Shown one piece after another: positions 32,025 to 41,946 of a stretch of 64,000 nucleotides of DNA (positions are counted from its first letter, which is position 1; each line of letters opens with the position of its first letter). The position numbers and the translations under genes are program-made. Source of the stretch: Macrostomum lignano (lineage: Eukaryota); the NCBI GenBank assembly GCA_002269645.1, contig NIVC01003844.1, positions 1-64,000 on the forward strand, written 5' to 3'. The notes under the pieces are model-generated. The model was not told the origin of the DNA. It did not search any database and saw only the letters and a program-made list of their open reading frames with translations.

Positions 32025-33610
32025 TCACAAAGACTCTGCAATTGCCCATCTCTTCTGCTGTGTTGTCTGGTTGTTGTTCTGTGGAGCCAGCTGGTCATCC
32101 TGATAGTCATCAATGAGGTCATCAAGGTCTTCTTCAAAGGAGGCCTCATTCTTCAAAATGCAGATGTTATGCAATGTACATGCAGCAACTATGGTGTAAC
32201 AAATGGATGGAACATCCCGTTGATAGATATAGCGTAGACGCCGGAATCTGGCCTTTAACTGGCCAAAAGCCCGTTCCACAACTTGTCTGGCAACTGATAA
32301 GTGCTTGTTGTACTGCTTTTGTACATTACTGAGGTTGCCATTGTCCACAAAAGGTGTTAGTAGCCCATTTAATAATGGATATGCACCATCTCCAAGTAAA
32401 TGAAGTCCATACATGTTCTCACCAGTTTGCACTTTTGCAGCAAGCGGACTATATTGAAATACACGAGCATCATGCATCCGACCAGAGCAACCAACAAAAA
32501 CATCATAAAATAGAAGATTACGTGAAGCCACTGCTTGCAATGTAATTGCCTGGCGATACTTTCTAGTTGTAAAATCAGAAGATGCTGTAGATATTTCAAT
32601 ATGGCTTCCATCAATTGCACCAAGAACATTAGGAAATCCACTGTGGTAGAGAGTTCCTTCAGCATTTGTATGTGCTTCTAACTCTGTTGGCCATTTTATA
32701 AACTGTGATGAGAGTGTAGGAACAATCTTTCTTGGCAATGAATGCACAATTTCATTTACTTTACCAGCACTAACATCATAAAGGACTTCCAACTCTGACT
32801 GATTACACTGGTGACCAATGTAGTCCAAGAAGATCAGCAGCTGCTTGTCGCCTAAAAAGAAGAAAAGGAAACTAAGTCAATAATATAATCATTGTGGTAA
32901 TAAAAAATGACTTATTAACCTTTAGAATGCTTTCTAAAAGGGACAACTTATGTTTTTTTCTTAAACACAGGATTCCAAAATCAAATACAAAGTGCCAAAA
33001 TAAAAAATCAAAAAGCAGTATTGCCACCCAGAAAAGTTGAAAAAATATTTTAGACCCCTAAAGTTGCACTTAGAAAAAGTTAGAACTATTTCAATTAGTA
33101 GCATAAAGTATATAGCAGTAGAATGATGTACTTAGAAAATTCTTTTTTCTATATTATGGCATTAGCCATTTACTTATATTTTTGGACTGATGAGTGATTT
33201 TCTACAGAACACAGAAACAATCAAAAGTTGCAACTTGCAATAAGTAGAGCATTAATAAGAGCCTTATTACCTGGTATTCCTTTTGAAGACGTTGGTTCCT
33301 CATGTTGGTTCAGCAGCTCATATTTCATCAACTCGCCCAGCACAAATTCGAATGCACTTCGCGTGAGTCGGTATCGGCTTCTAAACTCGTCAATAGTAAA
33401 TAATGGCACCGTATTTACGACAAAACCAGGTACTTTAACCCTATGGCGCTTCTCCTCGGTCTTGTTATTTAAAGAAGCAATCACAGTTGTAAGGGCTGCT
33501 GTTGCTGCCAGGACGTTATCCCTATTAGCTTGGTCTACAAGAATGGAAGTTTCACTACTGTCTTCAGTAAAAAACAATTGCTGAACTATAAAAGCAGTTG
33601 CAGAGTCCAT
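32025..33610 (-). CDS. PIF/Harbinger (HARBI1-like) DDE transposase, 388 aa; exons 33610-33271 and 32851-32025
   Basis: FRSRYRLTRSAF; a phase-1 intron gives IPG|DKQLLIFLDYI; GAIDGSHI, LLGDGAYPL, VVERAFGQLKARFRRL. Confidence 0.9.
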
Positions 33611-35694
33611 TCGTTGAATAATTACAACTCTATATGCTTAAGTATGTCGCAATTCAATTCTTTTTTGAAATGAGTAATGGAATGACTAAAATGATAATAT
33701 GTATTCTATAGTTTAGCAACTAAGATCTAAAACCACTAATACTTATCTTATTATATACGGACTACGTAGTAAGCCAAAAACTAAGACGTCACTAACGATT
33801 GGGTAAAAAAAGAAATAAATCTACTGTCTTAAAAAGCAATACAAAGCAAAAATTATTAAAGACGACAATAAAATAAATTGAAAATTTACTCGTTGCTATA
33901 GATACGAATAAACGGTTCGAGAAATTTTCTCGAACCATATTCCAGAACCAGAACCTGGTTCCGAACATTGTTCGAAAAACAGAACCATCGATATGAAGAG
34001 CGTCGAACCGGTTCGGAACTGGTTCCGTTTTTCGAACCGGCGATATGAAGAGGCTCTAGCTGGCAGTGCATTCTTCGAGCACGCGGTGCCCGAAAGAATA
34101 GCGATTAAATTATATCCGCGCTTTCTAGTTTCTAATTATAAGTATCCACTGATTTAATAATGTATAAATTGGAAGCAGCTTTACATGTAATTATGTATAG
34201 TAGCTGGCATGGTAAAGCTGTCTTATATCGCTTCTTTTGACTTATGCCAGATATGTTTACACAAGGCAGCAACTGAATATTTTCAGTAAAAGGCAAAATA
34301 CGAGTTGCGAGTCTATGTGATAAATAAATATACCTGGCTTTTGCATCAACTTCTAGTCCCCATGCATGAATCTACTTTTTTGTTCTGTTGATGGTTCTCT
34401 GAATTATTTACTAATGATGAGAATGTGCCTTATTATTCCATATTCCTTTGTTTTTTAAATCATTATTAACCCTCCTCTCAACCCAAACAGCCAAACTGTC
34501 ATTCTTAATTTTTACTGCTTTTAATTTCTACTTTTACTTATTAACTCGTAAATATAATCGATACTATGTACACACTGCTAAAATTAGTAGTGTAAAAATC
34601 CACCAAAAATTAATTTCTAAGTCCATTTTGATCAAATACACATTGTAGAAGATTATTTACATGACTTTTTCTTACTGTGATTGCAAGATGTGCTGAAAGG
34701 ATGCTTTTTATTTTCATTTTTTCTTATATAATCGCCTGGGCCTAGCTGGCTTCCTACAGCTAGAGTTGTAACTTTACTGGGTATGGGGGCACACCAAAGT
34801 ACTTTTGACGTTTGTACTTTATTTTTCAACTCAATAGCTAAGCAGATGGAGGCGTGAAAAGTGTTAAATTTTTTAGCTGGAGAATGGCAAGGTGTATAGT
34901 GATAAAATACAGAATGAAAACGTGTCTTCCAGTTTATTCCAGTAGTCGAGTTTCATTTACTTGTACCATATAAGAAAGCATCAATTAGCGAGTAGAGACC
35001 CAAGCATCTGATCTATACTTATATTTGCAATCAATGATCGTGTAGGTTGAGAAAAAATTAACTGCTGTGTTTTAATGTCCACGTGGACTGCATCACACCT
35101 ATCGATAAAGTAATTTAAACTGATATTTACTATTGTTATAATGAGTATTCACACTAAAAGAATAACACTAGTAGCAATTTACTGAAGCAGCATTGACAAA
35201 TATTTCTCACTTAACGATTTGTTATAAATTACCGTCTCAAAATGTAGAAAACAGGTTTAGACTGACTATCTACCCATTTAAAATTTTAAACTAGGTTTTT
35301 ATAACTCTTAAAACATTGTGTATGAATACTTACCGGTTTTTTAAAATGAAATCTTGTCATTTGTTTTGTTTTACTGAGGACGTTAAAATGGCGCTTAAAC
35401 TCATTTTAAGTCATTTTAACTTATTTTAAGCCACTCGAACGCACCCTTAGTAAAAATTAGCGAGAAAAAAACGACGGTAGATCAAGATTCATGTAGCAAA
35501 CTAATTAATAAATCGGAATTTCAAAGCTTAATTTACCTAAATTGGAGTAAAGACTATTTCAAATTTGTCAATTTTTACTATGTAGGCAGCCCCCGTGACT
35601 GGCGGTAGCACCAGCTGAAGACCGTTCATGCTAGCCGTCCTCGCCACAGTCGGAGGTGGATGAGCTGCAGTTGTAGTGATGAGCTGCTGAGGTA

Positions 35695-36543
35695 TTAATT
35701 AATTGTAGCCCCCAACACTTCATCAAGCGAGCCAAAAGCTTGAAGCATAGAGCCAAACGCACCATTAGACTGCTCTGGGGCATAAGAATCGGCTGTGTTG
35801 TAATCTGCGGCAACCTGCTGGGCGGTGCCATCTTGCTGTTGAGTTCCCGCAGGTGGTGGCAGCTGCTGGGCGGTGCCGTCTTGCTGTTGAATTCCCGCAG
35901 GTGGTGGCAGCTGCTGGGCGGTGCCGTCTTGCTGTTGAATTGCCGTAGGTGGTGGCAGCTGCTGGGCGGTGCCATCTTGCTGTTGAATGTCCACAGGTGC
36001 TGGCTCGCAGATGCCGGGAGGCTGCTCATTAATGATAGCAATGTCGCTGTCCTCAGTCTCCTCACCGGTTGGCACTTCGTACAGTAGGCTGCCCGGACTG
36101 TCCATGCGAATCTGCTTTCCTCTGATAACCGGGAAATGTCTAGCCGACTGAGCAGCGAGTGGGCGTTGGAATTGTGGCTGCTGCTGCTGCTCAACAAAGT
36201 CATCATCGCTGTTACAGCCGTCTCTAATTACACCGTTTATTAATTGGCTGAGAGCCTGTCGTGCAGCGGTTTGCTCTCCGGCTATTTGATGTGCTTTCTG
36301 CATAACTATGCGTCTAAATGTTTTTATTCCATTGTCTCCAGTAGGTAGCTGCTGGTGTCCGCGGTGAGCTTTGAATTTTCCTATATTTCCTTCACGCTTT
36401 TTTACAACGCCAAACTGCCAACAAGCGCTAAAAATGCGCTTGTTGCACTCTTTTTGACAGCCAGTCTTTAAAAATCCAACAACGCATTTGTTACGCGTTA
36501 AGCAGACTTCAAAGGTAGCACTTGAATCGCTAGTCTTCTCCAT
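35695..36543 (-). CDS. Intronless 282-aa ORF of unknown function with four 15-aa repeats (QQQDGTAQQLPPPAG)
   Basis: Open frame from ATG, Cys-containing N-terminal region and 45-bp tandem repeats; no family recognised. Confidence 0.35.
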   Translation of the reverse strand: MEKTSDSSATFEVCLTRNKCVVGFLKTGCQKECNKRIFSACWQFGVVKKREGNIGKFKAHRGHQQLPTGDNGIKTFRRIVMQKAHQIAGEQTAARQALSQLINGVIRDGCNSDDDFVEQQQQPQFQRPLAAQSARHFPVIRGKQIRMDSPGSLLYEVPTGEETEDSDIAIINEQPPGICEPAPVDIQQQDGTAQQLPPPTAIQQQDGTAQQLPPPAGIQQQDGTAQQLPPPAGTQQQDGTAQQVAADYNTADSYAPEQSNGAFGSMLQAFGSLDEVLGATIN

Positions 36544-36657
36544 TGTTGCGGTGGAAGTGAGAATTCGGAAAGACTGCAGTTATTTTTTACCTCATTTATA
36601 TACAATTTGCTGAACACGGAACACTAAATACAGAACCCTCCAATCTCCGTTAAACTT

Positions 36658-37234
36658 GACTTACTTGACTTAGCTGCAGGGGGCTCCGTGCGTCCGGAAA
36701 CAGCGAGGAGGCGTTGCCGCCCATTTCGCTAACCCCTGGCGACCACGGGCAGCTAGTGCTGCGGTGTCGCGCAGGGAGTTCCGGTGGTGCCGGTGTCCAC
36801 AGCGCGGTCCCCCTCCGGAGGGTCCAGGAGGTGGACTGTCGCTCGCCCGGTAGCCCTTAGGTAGCGGACGAGCTGGCAGAGATTCTCGGGCTTGAAAACG
36901 TCGGAGAGGTCCGGGTTTGGGCCGAGGTAGGTGAGCCTGACCTGAGTAAAGGCGGGGCATTCACAGATGAAGTGCTCCGCATTCTCGACACCGGAGAGGC
37001 AGAAAGGGCATTCCTCACTGCGGATTTTTCCCTGGAGGTAGCGATGCCTGGCAAAACAGCCATGACCCAAGAGGGCCATGGTCACCGCCCTGATGTCCCT
37101 GCGGTTGAGTCCAAGCAGGGCCTTGCGCAGGGCGGAGGAAGGACAGGGGACAGCCGCGCGTGATTGCCGGCAGTCGGGGGCGTTAGCCCACCTCTCCCTG
37201 TGCTTTGAAGCCACCCACTGGTTGATCCGAGTGG
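36658..37234 (-). mobile_element. 5'-truncated LOA/R1-like LINE 3' end
   Basis: 14-bp TSD TCTCCGTTAAACTT at 36644-36657 and 37235-37248; LLGHG...CPFC...[10 protein letters not shown] zinc knuckle; short AAGT(C) tail. Confidence 0.8.
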
Positions 37235-38382
37235 TCTCCGTTAAACTTACATCATTATTTGTTTCCCACCAACCCCAATCCAGTTCTTCCTCAAACCGAC
37301 GAATCTCCTCCAATCACCATAAAATCTACATCGTGATTTATTTCCCACCAACCCCAATCCAGTTCTTCCTTAAACCGACCAATCGACCCCTCCCCAAATT
37401 TTTCTCTCCAAAAACTGTGTACACAGCGCAGTTGCTGTGAGACCTGGAACCCTGCCAGACTAGAATAATAACACGCCGACGTAATTCTGGCGCAATAACA
37501 AACTTTATGCTTAGACCCCAGCAGTGGCGTACTCAGGATTTAGTTTTGGGGGGGGCCGCAATCCTTAGGGGCGCCAATGTTGGGTGTCTTGTGGGGGCGC
37601 CATTTGCCAATGTTGCGTGCTTAAAATTTAAATCATGAATATTGAACAATTTGAGCACTTTTGTATTTCGACTTGTACTTATTTATTAGAAAATAACTAT
37701 TATGCTTAATTTGTTTATTGGACTTTATGTATGATCACGTAGGAACAACCGCGAAATTGGCATTCAAGGCATCAATCAGAATCGATTCAAATGCGCGCAA
37801 AAGTTAAGTACAATAACTAAACTCACATGCAAATATAGACAATATTTTGTACTGACAGATTAAAAAAACTCATAGCATGGGAAAGTCGTTTTACGATGTG
37901 AGAAATTTTCATTAAATTTGAGCATGAAAAGTTTCAGAGTAATGAGAAAGGTATGAAACATTCGCCGAATTTTGCACAGACACTTCTATAGAAACTTTTT
38001 AAAGAAACATAAATAAATGTCCAAATATAATAGGCAACTCCTGAAAACACTGCACATATACTTTTATCGTCCATGCTTGCAGATTTTTTAAAGCAGTTTT
38101 CATTGAATAGAATGATCTAGAAGCCTCGCAAAATGACAAAGAACTTGTTTTACTACACCCAGTCACCCATTATTTCTTGGAAATCAACTAAGTATATAAC
38201 AAGTATCTGTGAAAGTAATAAATAAGCCTATTTGAACAGCTTGCTAAAATGTCAATACACAGAATACGCAAAGCAGGAAAATGTCAATACATAAGATCCG
38301 GTAAATGGCACCTACTACAATAGTATATGACGGCTCGTACTCGTACGAGCTAGGATCGCAAATTAAAACAATAGCTAACACT

Positions 38383-41300
38383 TCAAAGTAAAAGTTCTAT
38401 CCGTCTGGGCTGCGACGCGAACCTTTGAAGAACTTCTTCAGGAGTTGGGCAAGCGCTACGGTGGCATTGAAGCAGCAGAATCGATTGCAGGCGATCCTCT
38501 CCCATTGTGCTGCGCTCAACAGTTAAAGTCCTTTTTAGCTTGGAAAAAACTCTCTCTGGCTCACACGTTGAGACTGGAAGAGTAGCCAGGATCATGAGTA
38601 GTCGCTGAATGTTTGGAAATTTATGCACGCTACAAGTCTTTAATGCTTCAAGTGCTGACCCAGGACGGTCTCGCGTCGACACTGCTGCCCACTGTCGACG
38701 CCATAGCAGGTACTCTTGCTTCACCACTGAAGGTGGGTCTGTAAGTTGGCAGTTGTACTTCAGCACAGCTTCCTGCACTTTACTCCATTGCTCCTCCATG
38801 TCAACAAGCTTTTCGTGAAAAAACTTTGGTATCAGAAGCGTCAAGTTGAAGGCACGCTTTTGTGGAGCATCAAATCGCAGTTTGATATCTGATATGATTG
38901 CTGCTACTGCCGGATAGAAAACCGTTTCTCTGTAATGCTGCTCAGCTGTTACCGACACCGGTTGCCGGGATCTTGTAGTTGCAAATGCAAAATGTTCTCG
39001 TGCAGAGCGAATTCTTGGCGGCCTTACTTCGATATCAAATTCTGCAGCGAGCTGTTCAACTTTAGAGAATACTTCTCTAAATCGCACCTCACTTTGAAGC
39101 TCTTCCAGTTCAGCCAGGACATGATGAACATCTGCTAAAGCTTCTACCAGTTCGCTGCTAGATGATTGCAGTCTTCGGGAAACAGGCAGCAGAAGACTGG
39201 CCAAGGTTTCAAGGACAATCATCCCAACAATAAAGTCCAAATTCAAAATAGCTGAATGGTGGCAAGCTGCAGAGCGAGCAGCATCGGTTCCTGGCCAGGA
39301 GCTGATTTCTTCTAAGGCTTGTTCAATGAAAGGAAATAGCAATCGAAAGGTGACGACAGCGGTGTGGCGCTCCAAAAATCGAGTTTCACACAAACTAATG
39401 AGATGCCACTTTGCCGTTTCAACTTCGTGATCATTTGATTGTATTAGACGTTTGAGCAAAGTAGTCCTTTTGCTGCTTGACTTGAAGCCTGCTACAACCT
39501 CTTGAATGACTCCCATGGAATTTCTGATGATCTGGACCTTAATGGCATTTGCTGCGCTTAAATTCAACCAGTGAGCCATACAATGAAAGTAGTCCGCTTG
39601 AGGGGCCTCTTTGCGGATAAAAGCAGCAACTCCAATTCTCTCACTCGCCATGGCAGCGGCACCATCGTAGCATTGTGCTACGCACTGATTCAAATCAAGT
39701 CCAAGAGTGCGTAGGCGCCTGACAATTGCGGATGAAATATTCGCACCACTGAGTCGCAAATTCTCCCATCCATCACAATTTTCAGCTATATCAGCAACAA
39801 CATCTAGCATTGCAACTGGCTCTTCGAATTGCTGAAAAGCACCATCTTCAGTTTGTTCTACAAATCGAACAACGATGACCAGCTGCTCCCTCTTCTGTAC
39901 ATCCATCGTTTCATCGACAATCATAGCATTCCTAACTCGAGCGACAATTCTTTCTTGAATAAGTTGCAACGCGACATCCAAAGTTTCATTCTGAATTCGA
40001 GGAGAAAAATATGTCGCGTTTAACGATGCTTGTCTAGCATGTGCTCCCAAGACACTGTCCCCAGCTCGAATACGAAATCGTAAAAGCGCTCGGAAATTTC
40101 CATCATTGACTTTTGGCTCTTCTGCCTCTTGAGAATTGTCTGATTCTGGGAATAAAGGCTGATTTTCTCCGCGGTGCCCACGCAAACTGAGATTTTGTCT
40201 TGCGCATGTCAGCACTGTGTCAATCACTGATATAAGAATTTCCCTGTTTTTACTGATTTGCTGTTGACGCGTCTTCTCAATTTGGGAGCGAATGTCGTTG
40301 GTTTCTTCTCCAAATAATGTGCGCTTCTCAAACTCCTTCATTTTTTCTACATTTGCTAGATGAAAAGCGGTCTTCTCGTGACAACTAAGGTGTCCACTCT
40401 TGCCAGTGAGTTCGTCAAAACGCTGTAGTGGCTTCATAACTAATACGCCAGGCATTTGTCCACCCCCATGAGAGCGCCCTCCAACTCCAGCTGCTGATGA
40501 AAATAATACACATAGGGTGCAAAATACGCCTTCAAGTCCAGAGACTCGGCTCACAGACAGCCAGGGAAACTCTTCAAGATGACTGGGCATAATTTTTCGT
40601 TTTCTCTGACGTCCTTGACATCGATGCATTGAAAATGGAAAATGCTCTTGCTTTTTCGGCACCCACGGTTTAAAAAACTTTCGTCGAATTTCGATATTAA
40701 TTGAACTTAGTTTAACAGCAAGACCGATGTCATTTTCAGCGACAAAGTGCTGTGACTGAATTCTGTCTTCAATGATAAGAGCTGAGCCACAAAGTGAAGC
40801 TGTGCTTACATTAGAGAAGAGAGCGCTTGGAGCTGAAGCGGCTGGATTGTCTGAGGCGCCGCCGACGTCAAGGGCGGCAGCTGAAGCGGCTGGATTGTCT
40901 GGGGCACCGCCGACGTCAAGGGCGGCAGCTGAAGCGGCTGGATTGTCTGGGGCGCCGCCGACGTCAGGGGCGGCAGCTGAAGCGGCTGGATTGTCTGGGG
41001 CGCCGCCGACGTCAAGGGCGGCAGCTGAAGCGGCTGGATTGTCTGAGGCGCCGCCGACGTCAAGGGCGGCAGCTGAAGCGGCTGGATTGTCTGGGGCGCC
41101 GCCGACGTCAAGGGCAGCAGCTGAAGCGGCTGGATTGTCTGGGGCGCCGCCGACGTCAAGGGCGGCAGCTGAAGCGGTTGGATTGTCTGGGGCGCCGCCG
41201 ACGTCAAGGGCAGCAGCTGAAGCGGCTGGATTGTCTGGGGCGCCGCCGACGTCAAGGGCGGCAGCTGAAGCGGCTGGATTGTCTGGGGCGCCGCCGACGT

Positions 41301-41946
41301 CAAGGGCAGCAGCTGAAGCGGCTGGATTGTCTGGGGCGCCGCCGACGTCAAGGGCGGCAGCTGAAGCGGCTGGATTGTCTGGGGCGCCGCCGACGTCAAG
41401 GGCGGCAGCTGAAGCGGTTGGATTGTCTGGGGCGCCGCCGACGTCAAGGGCAGCAGCTGTAGCGGCTGGATTGTCTGGGGCGCCGCCGACGTCAAGGGCG
41501 GCAGCTGAAGCGGCTGGATTGTCTGGGGCGCCGCCGACGTCAAGGGCGGCAGCTGAAGCGGCTGGATTGTCTGGGGCGCCGCCGACGTCAAGGGCGGCAG
41601 CTGAAGCGGCTGGATTGTCTGGGGCGCCGCCGACGTCAAGGGCGGCAGCTGAAGCGGCTGGATTGTCTGGGGCGCCGCCGACGTCAAGGGCGGCAGCTGA
41701 AGCGGCTGGATTGTCTGGGGCGCCGCCGATGTCAAAGGCGGCAGCTGAAGCGGTTGGATTGTCTTGCTCGCAGAGGGCGGTGCTTGAAGCAGCTGTGATG
41801 GCTTGTGTAGCCTTGTCGCCTTTATCATCTGAACGACTTGAAAAATACTGTCGGATCTGGGCGCTCTCCTTTGCGCTGTCTTTGAGCAATCGAGCACGTT
41901 TATTTCTTCTACCTTCAGCTCCAGATAATTTTCTTTTTGTCGACAT
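38383..41946 (-). CDS. hAT transposase (ZMYM/PRKRIR-like), 1187 aa, uninterrupted
   Basis: WLS...FCTLC...H...H zinc finger, GNFRALL, DETMD, QCYDGA, HCMAHWLNL, CETRF, STCEPERVFSKLKR. Confidence 0.9.
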   Translation of the reverse strand: MSTKRKLSGAEGRRNKRARLLKDSAKESAQIRQYFSSRSDDKGDKATQAITAASSTALCEQDNPTASAAAFDIGGAPDNPAASAAALDVGGAPDNPAASAAALDVGGAPDNPAASAAALDVGGAPDNPAASAAALDVGGAPDNPAASAAALDVGGAPDNPAATAAALDVGGAPDNPTASAAALDVGGAPDNPAASAAALDVGGAPDNPAASAAALDVGGAPDNPAASAAALDVGGAPDNPAASAAALDVGGAPDNPTASAAALDVGGAPDNPAASAAALDVGGAPDNPAASAAALDVGGASDNPAASAAALDVGGAPDNPAASAAAPDVGGAPDNPAASAAALDVGGAPDNPAASAAALDVGGASDNPAASAPSALFSNVSTASLCGSALIIEDRIQSQHFVAENDIGLAVKLSSINIEIRRKFFKPWVPKKQEHFPFSMHRCQGRQRKRKIMPSHLEEFPWLSVSRVSGLEGVFCTLCVLFSSAAGVGGRSHGGGQMPGVLVMKPLQRFDELTGKSGHLSCHEKTAFHLANVEKMKEFEKRTLFGEETNDIRSQIEKTRQQQISKNREILISVIDTVLTCARQNLSLRGHRGENQPLFPESDNSQEAEEPKVNDGNFRALLRFRIRAGDSVLGAHARQASLNATYFSPRIQNETLDVALQLIQERIVARVRNAMIVDETMDVQKREQLVIVVRFVEQTEDGAFQQFEEPVAMLDVVADIAENCDGWENLRLSGANISSAIVRRLRTLGLDLNQCVAQCYDGAAAMASERIGVAAFIRKEAPQADYFHCMAHWLNLSAANAIKVQIIRNSMGVIQEVVAGFKSSSKRTTLLKRLIQSNDHEVETAKWHLISLCETRFLERHTAVVTFRLLFPFIEQALEEISSWPGTDAARSAACHHSAILNLDFIVGMIVLETLASLLLPVSRRLQSSSSELVEALADVHHVLAELEELQSEVRFREVFSKVEQLAAEFDIEVRPPRIRSAREHFAFATTRSRQPVSVTAEQHYRETVFYPAVAAIISDIKLRFDAPQKRAFNLTLLIPKFFHEKLVDMEEQWSKVQEAVLKYNCQLTDPPSVVKQEYLLWRRQWAAVSTRDRPGSALEALKTCSVHKFPNIQRLLMILATLPVSTCEPERVFSKLKRTLTVERSTMGEDRLQSILLLQCHRSACPTPEEVLQRFASQPRRIELLL
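40825..41770. repeat. 48-bp coding minisatellite (NPAASAAALDVGGAPD), about 19-20 copies, inside the transposase
   Basis: Direct reading of the DNA and its translation. Confidence 0.95.

Larger units (their letters stand above)
29226..34056. mobile_element. Inner autonomous-type Harbinger element carrying both genes
   Basis: TAG + GAGCCTCTTCA...TGAAGAGGCTC + TAG; clusters of GAACC/GGTTC subterminal repeats at both ends. Confidence 0.7.
28858..35446. mobile_element. Outer non-autonomous PIF/Harbinger element with about 330-bp TIRs and TTA TSD
   Basis: TTA (28855-28857) + GGGTGCGTTCG...CGAACGCACCC + TTA (35447-35449); arms 28858 to about 29187 and about 35120-35446. Confidence 0.85.
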
